In this document: one piece after another, positions 12,790 through 22,288 of the stretch
Layout of the letters: each line of letters starts with the position of its first letter
How positions within the stretch are numbered: the stretch's first letter is position 1
Source of the DNA: an uncultured Candidatus Pelagibacter sp.
GTDB taxonomy: Bacteria > Pseudomonadota > Alphaproteobacteria > Pelagibacterales > Pelagibacteraceae
NCBI GenBank assembly: GCA_905618895.1
Contig: CAJQTA010000004.1
Span: 1,978 to 65,977, forward strand
Direction: 5' to 3'
Length of the DNA stretch: 64,000 nucleotides
The notes under the pieces: generated by a model
Database searches by the model: none
What the model was told of the DNA's origin: nothing
The model's input: the letters and a program-made list of their open reading frames with translations, nothing else
Made by a program: the position numbers and the translations under genes

Positions 12790-14749
12790 TCATGACACTG
12801 GTGCTCAAAAATTACATACAATTAACAGAAGAATGTTTATTATCTCTGTTGCAAAAATTATTGTTTTTACAGGAATAATTGCAAGATTATTTACACTTCA
12901 GATAAACGAAAATAAAAAATATCTAACTTTATCTGATAAAAATCGATTGAGAGAGTGGAGACTGCCTCCAGTTAGAGGAGAGTTTTTAGATTATTTTGGA
13001 AACACAATAGCTGGAAATCTAAAAGTGTATCAACTTCACGTAATACCAGAACAGGTAGAAGATTTTAAATATTTAATGTTAAGATTAAAAGATATTTTAC
13101 AGCTTAATAACAGTGAATTTTCAAAAATAATAAAAAAAAATAATAGCCAAAGACCCTGGGAAACTCTAATTATTTCAGAAAACTTAACTTGGAATCAATT
13201 TATAAAAATTAATTATTTTTTACACGAACTAGGTGGAGCCAAACCCGTTTTATCTGTATCGCGAGATTATCCATTTAAAGAAAATTATACTCATGTATTG
13301 GGATATGTAAGCCAAGCCAATCAAGATGACATATTGGAAAATGAATTTATTAAAAAAAATCATGTTCCAGGCCTAAGAGTCGGAAAAACTGGATTAGAAA
13401 AAACTTTTGAAAAAGATCTAATTGGAACTAATGGAGTCCAAAGGTACGAAGTAAATGCTTATGGGAAAAGGATTAATCAATTAGATTATCAAGAAGGACA
13501 AAAAGGAAAAACAATCGAACTTACTATTGATACAGAAATTCAAAAATTATGTAATGAATTATTAAGTGATAAAGCAGGATCTATAAGTGTTATGGATATT
13601 TATACTGGAGAAATTGTAGCGATGCATTCTTCACCCACCTTTGATCCAAATTTATTTGTATTCGGAATTAGTCAAGATGATTGGCAATTAATAAGAAATA
13701 ACCCCCTAAAACCTTTAACTAATAAAACTTTAACTGGCCTTTATTCACCTGGTTCAACCATTAAACCAATTGTAGCTTTATCTGCCTTAGAAAATGATGT
13801 GATTTCTCCAAACTTTAAAGTGAATTGTAAAGGAAAAATGGAAATGTACGGGCAAACTTATCATTGCTGGAAAAAAAAAGGCCATGGGATTGTCAATTTG
13901 AAAGGAGCAATAAAACAGTCTTGTGATACTTATTTTTATGAAATTTCAAGAAAACTTGGAGTAGATCGTTTAAACGAAACTGCTGTAAAATTCGGATTAG
14001 GAGAAAAAGTACTAAAAGATGTTTTTCGTAATGAAAAAAAAGGTTTAGTGCCAAGCACAAAATGGAAAAAAGATAATTTAGGTAAAGGCTGGGTTTTAGG
14101 TGAAACCTTAATTACAGGTATTGGTCAAGGTTACATTCAAACAACACCATTACAATTGTGTTTAATGACTGCTATGCTTGCAAATGGTGGGTATAAAATT
14201 TATCCAAAAATAAGTGTAGAAGAAAACCAAGATACTTTTGAACAAATTAAAGATGCAATACATAAAAATTCTGAAAATTTAAAAAAATCAAAAAAAGGAG
14301 CAGATATAGCAAGTGAGGGATTAGCTTGGTTCACTGGAACAAAAAAATACGAACCTCTTTATAGAAATCCTGAAAATATAAAATTTGTATTAGATGCCAT
14401 GTTTAGTTCAACAAATGAAGTTCGAGGCACATCTTATTCTTCAAGAATAGAAGATCCTAAATATCAATTTGCTGGGAAGACAGGCACAGCTCAAGTTAAA
14501 AGAATAACAGAACGGGCAAGAGAACTGGATTTAAAAACATTAGAAATACCCTACAATGAAAGAGATCATGCTTTATATATTGCATTTGGTCCTTATATAA
14601 ATCCAAGGTATGCACTTAGTATCATAGTTGAGCATGGAGGGTCAGGAAGTTCTACGGCAGCACCGATGGCAAAAAAATTATTTAAATTGATTATAGACAG
14701 ACACGAAGCAAGAGAAAAAATTAGAAAAGAAAAAATAATAAAAATATAA
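12782..14749 (+). CDS. mrdA: Penicillin-binding protein 2
   Basis: PGSTIK (SxxK), SCD and KTGTAQ transpeptidase motifs. Confidence 0.96.
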   Translation: MLSHDTGAQKLHTINRRMFIISVAKIIVFTGIIARLFTLQINENKKYLTLSDKNRLREWRLPPVRGEFLDYFGNTIAGNLKVYQLHVIPEQVEDFKYLMLRLKDILQLNNSEFSKIIKKNNSQRPWETLIISENLTWNQFIKINYFLHELGGAKPVLSVSRDYPFKENYTHVLGYVSQANQDDILENEFIKKNHVPGLRVGKTGLEKTFEKDLIGTNGVQRYEVNAYGKRINQLDYQEGQKGKTIELTIDTEIQKLCNELLSDKAGSISVMDIYTGEIVAMHSSPTFDPNLFVFGISQDDWQLIRNNPLKPLTNKTLTGLYSPGSTIKPIVALSALENDVISPNFKVNCKGKMEMYGQTYHCWKKKGHGIVNLKGAIKQSCDTYFYEISRKLGVDRLNETAVKFGLGEKVLKDVFRNEKKGLVPSTKWKKDNLGKGWVLGETLITGIGQGYIQTTPLQLCLMTAMLANGGYKIYPKISVEENQDTFEQIKDAIHKNSENLKKSKKGADIASEGLAWFTGTKKYEPLYRNPENIKFVLDAMFSSTNEVRGTSYSSRIEDPKYQFAGKTGTAQVKRITERARELDLKTLEIPYNERDHALYIAFGPYINPRYALSIIVEHGGSGSSTAAPMAKKLFKLIIDRHEAREKIRKEKIIKI

Positions 14750-15874
14750 ATGTATCAAATTAACTCTCTAAACGATCAATCATCAATTTTACAAAAATTA
14801 AAAAATTTTGATTATATTTTAATAGTTTGTATTTTACTACTAGGGCTAATTAGTGTTCTTTCAATGTATTCAACTGATGGAGGAGTGATTCTATATCATA
14901 CCAAAAGTCATATTTTTAAATTTTTAACTTTCTTCCCCATGATGGTTTTTTTGTCTTTTTTTAATATTAAATTTTGGCATTTTTTTGGTTATATATTTTA
15001 TTTTATTATTTTATTATTTTTAATTTGGGCATCCCTGCATGGCATTAAAGCTTCAGGCTCTCAAAGATGGATAAATTTATATTTTATTAATCTACAACCA
15101 TCAGAACTTATGAAAATTGCAATAATATTGTGCCTTGCAAAGTTTTACCATCGTGTTCAACTAGATGAAGTAAATTCGTTTAAGAATATGTTAATTTCTT
15201 TAACAATTTTAATTTTACCAATTATGCTTGTGATTAGTCAACCAGACTTAGGTACCTCTATCTTAATTGCTTTAAGTGGACTTCTAGTTATGTGGCTTGC
15301 CGGATTAAATGTAAAGTACTTTATATATTCTTTTTTGTCATTGATAATTTCAATGCCCTTTGTAATTTCATTTTTAAAACCTTATCAAAAATTAAGAATA
15401 TTAACTTTTCTTAATCCTGATAGAGATCCATTGGGTGCAGGATATCAAATTATTCAATCTAAAATTGCCGTAGGATCTGGTGGCTTAACTGGAAAAGGTT
15501 TTTTAAAAGGCACCCAAAGTTATTTAGAGTTTTTACCTGAAAAACATACAGACTTTATATTTACTTTATTTTCAGAAGAGCATGGTTTTGTAGGTTCAGT
15601 AGGTCTTTTGCTTATATATGTAATTATAATATATAGAGTTTTAAAAATAGGCTCAATTTCACGAAGTCATTTCGCAAAACTTTTTTGTTATGGTTTCGCT
15701 TCAGCTATTTTTCTATATGTCACCGTTAACATGTCTATGGTTTTAGGCTTGGTACCTATAGTTGGATCACCTTTGCCCATTATGTCTTATGGAGGATCTT
15801 CATTATTAGCAACTATGATTGGATTTAGTATTGTACTGAGCGCTAAAATTAATCACAAACAGTTAATTGGGTAA
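14750..15874 (+). CDS. rodA: Rod shape-determining SEDS protein RodA
   Basis: QPSELMK, QPDLGT, FLPEKHTDFIF, SYGGSS. Confidence 0.96.
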   Translation: MYQINSLNDQSSILQKLKNFDYILIVCILLLGLISVLSMYSTDGGVILYHTKSHIFKFLTFFPMMVFLSFFNIKFWHFFGYIFYFIILLFLIWASLHGIKASGSQRWINLYFINLQPSELMKIAIILCLAKFYHRVQLDEVNSFKNMLISLTILILPIMLVISQPDLGTSILIALSGLLVMWLAGLNVKYFIYSFLSLIISMPFVISFLKPYQKLRILTFLNPDRDPLGAGYQIIQSKIAVGSGGLTGKGFLKGTQSYLEFLPEKHTDFIFTLFSEEHGFVGSVGLLLIYVIIIYRVLKIGSISRSHFAKLFCYGFASAIFLYVTVNMSMVLGLVPIVGSPLPIMSYGGSSLLATMIGFSIVLSAKINHKQLIG

Positions 15875-15941
15875 ATTTTAAAAAAATTTTTGTATAATTT
15901 GTCGCGACAATAACCATCATTAATAATTATATAATTATTCT

Positions 15942-17183
15942 ATGGAAAAGAATTTTAAAATAGGAATTATAGGAGCAGGTATTCAGGGAATATCTAATGC
16001 ACTGTTTCTTCAAAAAAAAGGTTTTAATGTTACAATTTTTGATAGAGATGAACCAGGTAGTCCAGCCGCATCTTATGGTAACGCGGGTCACTTTTCTCCA
16101 TATGCATCCGTTCCAATAAATAGACCTGATGTTTTAACAGATGTTCCAGCAATGCTTTTAAGTTCTACTGGTCCACTTGCTCTTAAATGGAACTATGTTC
16201 CAAAAATGATTCCATGGTTTTTAAAATTTATAAGAAACTGTACAACAAAAAATATGATGCACACAGCTAAAAACATGCATCAAATTTTAGACTTAGCACT
16301 ACCTGCTTATGATGAATTATTTGATGAGATTGAACTAGGAGGATTAGTTGAAAAAAAAGGTATTTTATATATTTGGAATGATAAAAACCTAAAGAGCAGG
16401 AAGCTTGAAATCAATATTAGAAATGAACTTGGTGTTGATCAACAAGAAGTTACCCCAAAAGAAATTCACGATCTAGAGCCAAATATAAAACCCATTTACC
16501 ATGGGGGTGTTTATTATCAGCATGGCAGACATGCAAGAAATCCAAAAAAAATACTTTTAAAATTATTTGAACTTTTTTTAAAAAAAGATGGAAAATTTTT
16601 AAAGACAAACGTTCAAGACATAAATTTTGACGAAGAAAAGCCAGTTATTAAAACTGAAACAGAAAGATATATTTTTGATAAGATTGTAATTGCCTGTGGT
16701 TCATTTTCGAAAAAATTAACTGACAATTTAAATGAAAAAATACCTCTTGATACTGAAAGAGGTTATCATGTTCATTTTAAGGATTGTGAACATCTTTTGA
16801 GCAGACCCGTAATTTTTCAAAATAGAGGATTTGGTATTACACCCATGGAACAAGGACTTAGAGTGGTAGGGACTGTTGAGTTTGGTGGATTAAAAAACCC
16901 TTTGTCAAAATCAAGAATTAAAAACTTAATTAACAACGCAAAATATATGATGGGTGATTTACCCGAACATGAAGATGAATGGCTAGGTTTTAGACCAACA
17001 CTCCCAGATTATTTACCTGTAATAGGACCATCAAAAAATCATAAAAATGTTTTTTATTGTTTTGGTCACCATCATTTAGGTTGGACCCTAGGTCCAATTT
17101 CAGGGAAAATAGTTGCAGGAATGATTGCCAACGAAAATACAAACTTAGACTTAAAACCCTATAGCTCTCTTAGATTTAACTAA
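15942..17183 (+). CDS. FAD-dependent D-amino acid dehydrogenase (DadA) family oxidoreductase
   Basis: GAGIQG Rossmann motif, SYGNAG, ERGYHV, GFRPTLPDYLPVIG, GHHHLGWTLGP. Substrate unknown. Confidence 0.85.
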   Translation: MEKNFKIGIIGAGIQGISNALFLQKKGFNVTIFDRDEPGSPAASYGNAGHFSPYASVPINRPDVLTDVPAMLLSSTGPLALKWNYVPKMIPWFLKFIRNCTTKNMMHTAKNMHQILDLALPAYDELFDEIELGGLVEKKGILYIWNDKNLKSRKLEINIRNELGVDQQEVTPKEIHDLEPNIKPIYHGGVYYQHGRHARNPKKILLKLFELFLKKDGKFLKTNVQDINFDEEKPVIKTETERYIFDKIVIACGSFSKKLTDNLNEKIPLDTERGYHVHFKDCEHLLSRPVIFQNRGFGITPMEQGLRVVGTVEFGGLKNPLSKSRIKNLINNAKYMMGDLPEHEDEWLGFRPTLPDYLPVIGPSKNHKNVFYCFGHHHLGWTLGPISGKIVAGMIANENTNLDLKPYSSLRFN

Positions 17184-17245
17184 GTAAAAAATTATATTTT
17201 CTGTAAAAAAGAAATAATTTAAAGGAAGCATTTTAGAGACTTTTA

Positions 17246-17292
17246 GATAGTCCTAAAAAACCGGGAGCTAAAGATGGCTAACTAGGACTATC
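17246..17292. other. Intergenic structured element (10-bp perfect stem enclosing an inner hairpin)
   Basis: GATAGTCCTA(17246-55) pairs with TAGGACTATC(17283-92); inner AGCTA/TGGCT stem; no U-tract, so not a typical terminator. Confidence 0.5.
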
Positions 17293-17358
17293 GTAAGCTA
17301 ATATTAGCATGCCCTCAAATAGAATGCATTAATCATTTTTTTCAAATATAAGGAATTT

Positions 17359-17655
17359 ATGAAAAAAAAAGGTCACACCCCCATAACTAGGGTCAAAAAT
17401 CCTGAACCCCATATTGATGACCCAGATTGGATCGTTTGGGCAGCTTGGGCTGACAGGATAACTTTTGAAGAAATTGAGAAAAAGACTGGAAAGACAGAGG
17501 GTGAAGTTATTAAAATTATGAGACGATCTGTAAAGCCAGTTTCTTTTAGATTGTGGAGAAAAAGAGTTAACCAAAAAAGTATAAAACATAAAAAAAAATT
17601 TGAATACTCTAGAAAAGAAATTACTAGTAAAATCAAAAAGAATGATTATTTATAA
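17359..17655 (+). CDS. TIGR03643 family protein
   Basis: AWADRITFEEI...EVIKIMR...SFRLWRKRV pattern. Confidence 0.8.
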   Translation: MKKKGHTPITRVKNPEPHIDDPDWIVWAAWADRITFEEIEKKTGKTEGEVIKIMRRSVKPVSFRLWRKRVNQKSIKHKKKFEYSRKEITSKIKKNDYL

Positions 17656-17658
17656 GTT

Positions 17659-17913
17659 ATGAAATCAGTTACTATTTATACAGGCCCTCTTTGCAATTTT
17701 TGTGATGCAGCAAAAAAATTATTAACAAGAAATAATGTTGAATATAAAGAAATTAATATTGCAACAGCTGATGGTGCAATGGATGAAATGATTGCTAAAG
17801 CAAACGGCAAAAGAACTATTCCTCAAATCTTTTTTGACGATCAACACATGGGTGGTTATGATGATGTTAGGGCTTTAGAAAAAGAAAATAAACTTCAAGA
17901 TTTATTAAAATAA
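17659..17913 (+). CDS. grxC: Glutaredoxin 3
   Basis: CNFC active site, TIPQIF, GGYDD. Confidence 0.92.
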   Translation: MKSVTIYTGPLCNFCDAAKKLLTRNNVEYKEINIATADGAMDEMIAKANGKRTIPQIFFDDQHMGGYDDVRALEKENKLQDLLK

Positions 17914-17916
17914 TAA

Positions 17917-18645
17917 TTATTCAATAGTAATAGTTATATCTGGTATATTGCCGTAAAATCCTTGGTTAGCAGCTGCTGTTTCTGCGCAGTCTGTAGCCAT
18001 TCCTGCTTGCTCTAGGTAGCCTAATGCAGTTGTTGTGCCAAATGCAATTTCTACAGATGGAATTCTACCAACTTCCATTGTAAAAGGTGCTGCTAATGCC
18101 TCTCTCCATTCAAAATAATCATCACCTGAATCAATTGCACCTATAGCTGAATCTGTACCTGTTCCATCTCCTGCTGTAGTGCTATTTATAAAATCTGATA
18201 TTGATGATCCACCGGGTACTCCAGCATAATAAGTTCCTGATACTTCGGTTGCAGTTGCGGCACCTTTGCCATTTTCTGCATCCGTTCCACCATTACTTGC
18301 AATTGTTGAACAGCTATCACTTCCACTCACAACAGTTCCAGCAAGCGACATAGCTCTTTCCATTGTTACCTGAATATAAGTGTAGGTTGTTCCAAATACT
18401 GCTGTTGCTAAATTTCCTAAAGTTGCAGCTGCAGTCCCAGCTGTAGTGCTTGCAATGTTAACCACCCCTGAATCTCCCGCATAAAGTAAAACTGAACCAT
18501 TACATGCAGTGTCTGTACTCGTAGCATCGCAAAGTTCAATTCTTGTTATTGTTATTCCATATGTTGTGGCTTCACCTGTTAAAGCAATAACTTTAGAATT
18601 AAAAAAAACTAAATAAAATAAAAATATAAGAATTGTTTTTTTCAT
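17917..18645 (-). CDS. Secreted Thr/Ala/Gly/Ser-rich hypothetical protein
   Basis: Signal-peptide-like N-terminus, 4 Cys, beta-rich; starts 1 nt after the barrel gene's stop. Confidence 0.75.
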   Translation of the reverse strand: MKKTILIFLFYLVFFNSKVIALTGEATTYGITITRIELCDATSTDTACNGSVLLYAGDSGVVNIASTTAGTAAATLGNLATAVFGTTYTYIQVTMERAMSLAGTVVSGSDSCSTIASNGGTDAENGKGAATATEVSGTYYAGVPGGSSISDFINSTTAGDGTGTDSAIGAIDSGDDYFEWREALAAPFTMEVGRIPSVEIAFGTTTALGYLEQAGMATDCAETAAANQGFYGNIPDITITIE

Positions 18646-18646
18646 A

Positions 18647-19525
18647 CTATTTGCTTGTTATAATTACAGCTCCCTGAATTTCGATTACTAGATTGTTATT
18701 TCTTCTCACTTTTTCTCTTAATTTATCTTCCATATTTTCTTTAATAAATGCTACATTTGAAACCAACCCATCTTTTAATGTTGGCTTATTTTCTCTAGGA
18801 GGATGCACAAATGTCAATTTAGCTATATTAGCATCTTCTGCACCATCAATACTCGATACATCTCTTGAAAAATCTAATTGCAAAGATGGATTTAGAGCCA
18901 TCTCTAATGAGTAAACATTTCCTTTATTGTCTTGAAGTGCTTTTTCATTTTCCCATCTATAACCTTGAAAATTAAAAATTGCCCAAGGTATATAAGGTAC
19001 TTGTGAACTTAAATTATATTCATTTCCACTCAAAACTTGCTCTTTAGTTCCATCAATAATTTTTTGATTAGTTGTTTTTTGATATTGATTAAAAGTAAAA
19101 TCCAGAATCGAGGCTTTTGCTTCAAATCCCAAACTTACTCTTGAATGATTTTCTTGAATATCTCTGTCGTAGAATGAATTAACACCGAACATCATAGATT
19201 TATCAGAATTTAAAAATCTATATCCAAGGCCTAAGTTTCCAATATATCTATTGTCTCCGTTAACTTCATTATTATGAATACTAAATTGAGTGAATAAATT
19301 TGAATTTTCTTTTGATATAATATCTCTTACACCTAAAATTTCGAAGTCAGGGTTATCTTCTTCTCTAATTTTAACTGAAACTTCTGTTACACCGTCACCT
19401 GGTATTAAATCCCCAATTGTAGAAGAAATTTTTCCAGAAAAATCATTTAAAACTTTTCCCTTAACATCAGCATTAGATACTGTGACATAAAGTAGAGATA
19501 GAGATACTAATAAGATTTTGATCAT
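18647..19525 (-). CDS. Inverse autotransporter (intimin/invasin-type) beta-domain protein without passenger
   Basis: NLGLGYR, MFGVNSFYD, HSRVSLGFEA and KVRRNNNLVIE resemble intimin/invasin barrel and linker motifs; ends about 10 aa after the linker. Confidence 0.82.
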   Translation of the reverse strand: MIKILLVSLSLLYVTVSNADVKGKVLNDFSGKISSTIGDLIPGDGVTEVSVKIREEDNPDFEILGVRDIISKENSNLFTQFSIHNNEVNGDNRYIGNLGLGYRFLNSDKSMMFGVNSFYDRDIQENHSRVSLGFEAKASILDFTFNQYQKTTNQKIIDGTKEQVLSGNEYNLSSQVPYIPWAIFNFQGYRWENEKALQDNKGNVYSLEMALNPSLQLDFSRDVSSIDGAEDANIAKLTFVHPPRENKPTLKDGLVSNVAFIKENMEDKLREKVRRNNNLVIEIQGAVIITSK

Positions 19526-19576
19526 AACGGGAATTTCTATTGTATATAAATAATATACTGATTATGTCAATGCTGT

Positions 19577-19951
19577 TTATTTTTTTTCTTTAAACACTAA
19601 ACATACACCATTGTTACAATATCTTTTGCCTGTAGGATTGGGTCCGTCTTCAAAGATATGACCGTGATGACCACCACATTTTTTGCAATGATACTCCACT
19701 CTTTCGTACCCTAATAAAGTATCCGTCTTAGTTTCAAAAACATCTGGTAATGATTGATAGAATGAAGGCCAACCTGAACCACTTTCATATTTGCTGGATG
19801 CATCAAATAGTTTTTCACCACAGTTTGCACAATTATAACTTCCTTCTCTCTTCTCGTTATTTAATTCACTAGTACCTGGAGCTTCAGTTCCATCTTCAAA
19901 TAAAACTAATTTCTGTTCAGCAGTAAGATTTTGGTTAATTTTTTTTGTCAT
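19577..19951 (-). CDS. msrB: Peptide-methionine (R)-S-oxide reductase
   Basis: SGSGWPSF, two CxxC, GHIFEDGP...RYCNN. Confidence 0.95.
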   Translation of the reverse strand: MTKKINQNLTAEQKLVLFEDGTEAPGTSELNNEKREGSYNCANCGEKLFDASSKYESGSGWPSFYQSLPDVFETKTDTLLGYERVEYHCKKCGGHHGHIFEDGPNPTGKRYCNNGVCLVFKEKK

Positions 19952-19954
19952 AAA

Positions 19955-20905
19955 TTACTCTAATTCTCTAAGCGGTTTGCCAGCAACACAAGCTTCTAAA
20001 CCCTCAATCATCTGTGTATAAAACATACTGTAGTTTTCTGCGGTAACATAGCCAATATGAGGCATTAATAATGCATTTGGTAAAAATCTTAACTTATTAC
20101 CTTCTGGCAAAGGTTCTTTTTCGTAAACATCAAGACCAGCTCCAGCAATAACATTTGTTGATAGTGCAATAATTAAATCATCTTCATTAATGATTGTTCC
20201 TCTAGAGGTGTTAATTAAAAAAGCAGTTTTCTTCATCATGTCTAGTTCTTTTAATTTTATTAACTCTTTGTATCTTTCTCCACCTTGAACATGAATAGAA
20301 ATAAAATCAGAATTTTGAAATATATCCTCTTTGCTACATGGCAAAACACCTAATTCTTTACACGTATCTAAGTTTAAATTTTCGCTCCAAGCCATTACTT
20401 CCATACCAAAAGCTTTTCCAATTTTAGCAACTTGTGAACCAACTCTTCCAAGACCTACTAATCCTAAAATTTTTCCTTTAAGCTCAAGGCCAATAGTTGA
20501 TTGCCAATAGCCTTGATACATGTTGTCAATTTCTTCTTTAAAGTTTCTAGCTAAACCTAAAATTAAGCCCCAAGTTAATTCAGCTGTACCTGCAAAATCA
20601 ATCTCCGTTCCACATACTACAATTTTTCTTTTTTTGGCAGCCACAAGATCTATAGCCTTATTTCTTGAGCCACTTGTTATGATATACTTAAGGTTATTAA
20701 GGTTATCGATTAGATTCTTTGTAATAGAAGTTCTTTCTCTCATTACTAATAATGCTTCAAAATCTGATAACTGCTCTATCGCATCCGCTTCATCCAAAAA
20801 AGATTCACTAAATATTTTAAATTCATATTTTCCAGATAACTTTTTAAGATCCACAAATTCTTGTGAAACATTTTGATAATCATCTAGTATTGCAACTTTA
20901 AGCAT
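19955..20905 (-). CDS. D-2-hydroxyacid dehydrogenase family protein
   Basis: AILDDYQ, GLGRVG, INTSRG, LDVYEKEPL, PHIGY. Confidence 0.9.
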   Translation of the reverse strand: MLKVAILDDYQNVSQEFVDLKKLSGKYEFKIFSESFLDEADAIEQLSDFEALLVMRERTSITKNLIDNLNNLKYIITSGSRNKAIDLVAAKKRKIVVCGTEIDFAGTAELTWGLILGLARNFKEEIDNMYQGYWQSTIGLELKGKILGLVGLGRVGSQVAKIGKAFGMEVMAWSENLNLDTCKELGVLPCSKEDIFQNSDFISIHVQGGERYKELIKLKELDMMKKTAFLINTSRGTIINEDDLIIALSTNVIAGAGLDVYEKEPLPEGNKLRFLPNALLMPHIGYVTAENYSMFYTQMIEGLEACVAGKPLRELE

Positions 20906-21794
20906 TTTTAATTTTTTTATTTGATAGCAATAGACCTATTATAATTAAAATAGAACCAATAAAATGAAAAAATTGAAATTTCTCATTAAAAAATAGTATT
21001 GCCATGATTGTACTAAAGAGAGGTATTAATGACAAAAAAATACCTGCTCTATTTGCACCAATTATCGAAACAGCACCTGCCCAACAATAATAAGATCCAA
21101 TACTTGGAAACAAAGCAAGAAAGATTAAAATATAAAACATATTAAGATCAAATTTAATAGTTTGTCCTTGCGATACCTCGTATAAAAATTGTGGTAAAAC
21201 ACAGAATAAACCTAAAGTACATAAAACATGAACTAATGTCAGAAGAGGTATGTGAAATTTTTTTTTTTTTAAAAAAGATGAATAAAAACCCCAGGTAACC
21301 ACCGCACCTATCATTATAACATCTCCTTTATTAAAATTTAGTGTAAGAAAAATATTTAAATTAAGCTCAGTAATAATTGCTAAAATTCCAATTGAAGAGA
21401 CGATTAAGCCAAAGATTTGAAATTTATTAGTTTGTTCAATTTTAAACAAAAAGCATAGTAAAATTATCATTGCTGGAATAGCTGTATTAAAGAGTGATGC
21501 GTTTATTACTTGGGTATGGGCAAGTGAAAGATAAGTAAATGAATTAAATAAGCCAACACTAGTTAAGGCTAAAAAGAATAATAATGGTAAATTTTTTAAA
21601 ATTACTTCTTTAAACTTTAATACCTCTTTGTATGTAAATGGTAATAATATTAACCAAACAAGAGACCATCTAAAAAAAACAAGAGATAATGGGGGAATAT
21701 TTTCTAAAAAAGCAACTTTACCTATAATAAAATTACCTGCCCAAAATAATGTTGCACAAACTAACATTATGTAAGCCTTGATGTTATTGCTCAC
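20898..21794 (-). CDS. DMT/EamA family transporter
   Basis: About 10 TM helices in two EamA repeats; GTG start. Confidence 0.88.
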   Translation of the reverse strand: MSNNIKAYIMLVCATLFWAGNFIIGKVAFLENIPPLSLVFFRWSLVWLILLPFTYKEVLKFKEVILKNLPLLFFLALTSVGLFNSFTYLSLAHTQVINASLFNTAIPAMIILLCFLFKIEQTNKFQIFGLIVSSIGILAIITELNLNIFLTLNFNKGDVIMIGAVVTWGFYSSFLKKKKFHIPLLTLVHVLCTLGLFCVLPQFLYEVSQGQTIKFDLNMFYILIFLALFPSIGSYYCWAGAVSIIGANRAGIFLSLIPLFSTIMAILFFNEKFQFFHFIGSILIIIGLLLSNKKIKNA

Positions 21795-21896
21795 TTAACT
21801 AAATCTTGATGAGCTATAAGGTTTTAAGTTTAAGTTTGTATTTTCTTTAGCAATCATTCCTTCAATTATTTTCTCTGAAATTGGACCTAAAGTCCA
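21795..21896 (-). pseudogene. 3' remnant of a DadA-family gene (inverted copy of 17082-17183)
   Basis: Translates WTLGPISEKIIEGMIAKENTNLNLKPYSSSRFS* versus WTLGPISGKIVAGMIANENTNLDLKPYSSLRFN*; 87/102 nt identical by hand count; preceded in frame by TGA. Confidence 0.88.
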
Positions 21897-22288
21897 TCAT
21901 TTAGGATCGATTTTATTGGAAAAAATGTAAAATTATAATTAAACGTCCAGTGCGTTTAGTAACAATTGTAAATAATATTTTTTAACCTCATGGAAGAAAA
22001 CCTTTTAAAAAGTAAAAAAATCTAAGCAGAGAACCACTTAGAATCGGGGCAAATTTTTTTTTATAAAAAACCAGTTAAAAAACTTTTTTATTAAAGTCAC
22101 AGGTTGTAAATAATGATCTAATAAATATGCTTAAAAAAGCCTTTATTTTACTTAAGTTTATTGTGATAAAATTACAACATATAGAAAAAAAATTATTTTT
22201 ATTGGAAAAAGCTATGTATATTTAGGGAGATTTAATTATAAGATGGGTTAATTAATATATTAATAACAATTAACAATAAGGGCGTAAA

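Noticed and set aside
21258-21277. Long poly-T/poly-A tract in the DMT gene as a phase-variation site
   Set aside because: The frame is intact and homopolymer runs are common throughout this AT-rich window.
22230-22275. TTAA repeats as CtrA boxes upstream of the OMP gene
   Set aside because: Spacing is not TTAA-N7-TTAA, and TTAA is too frequent here to be informative.
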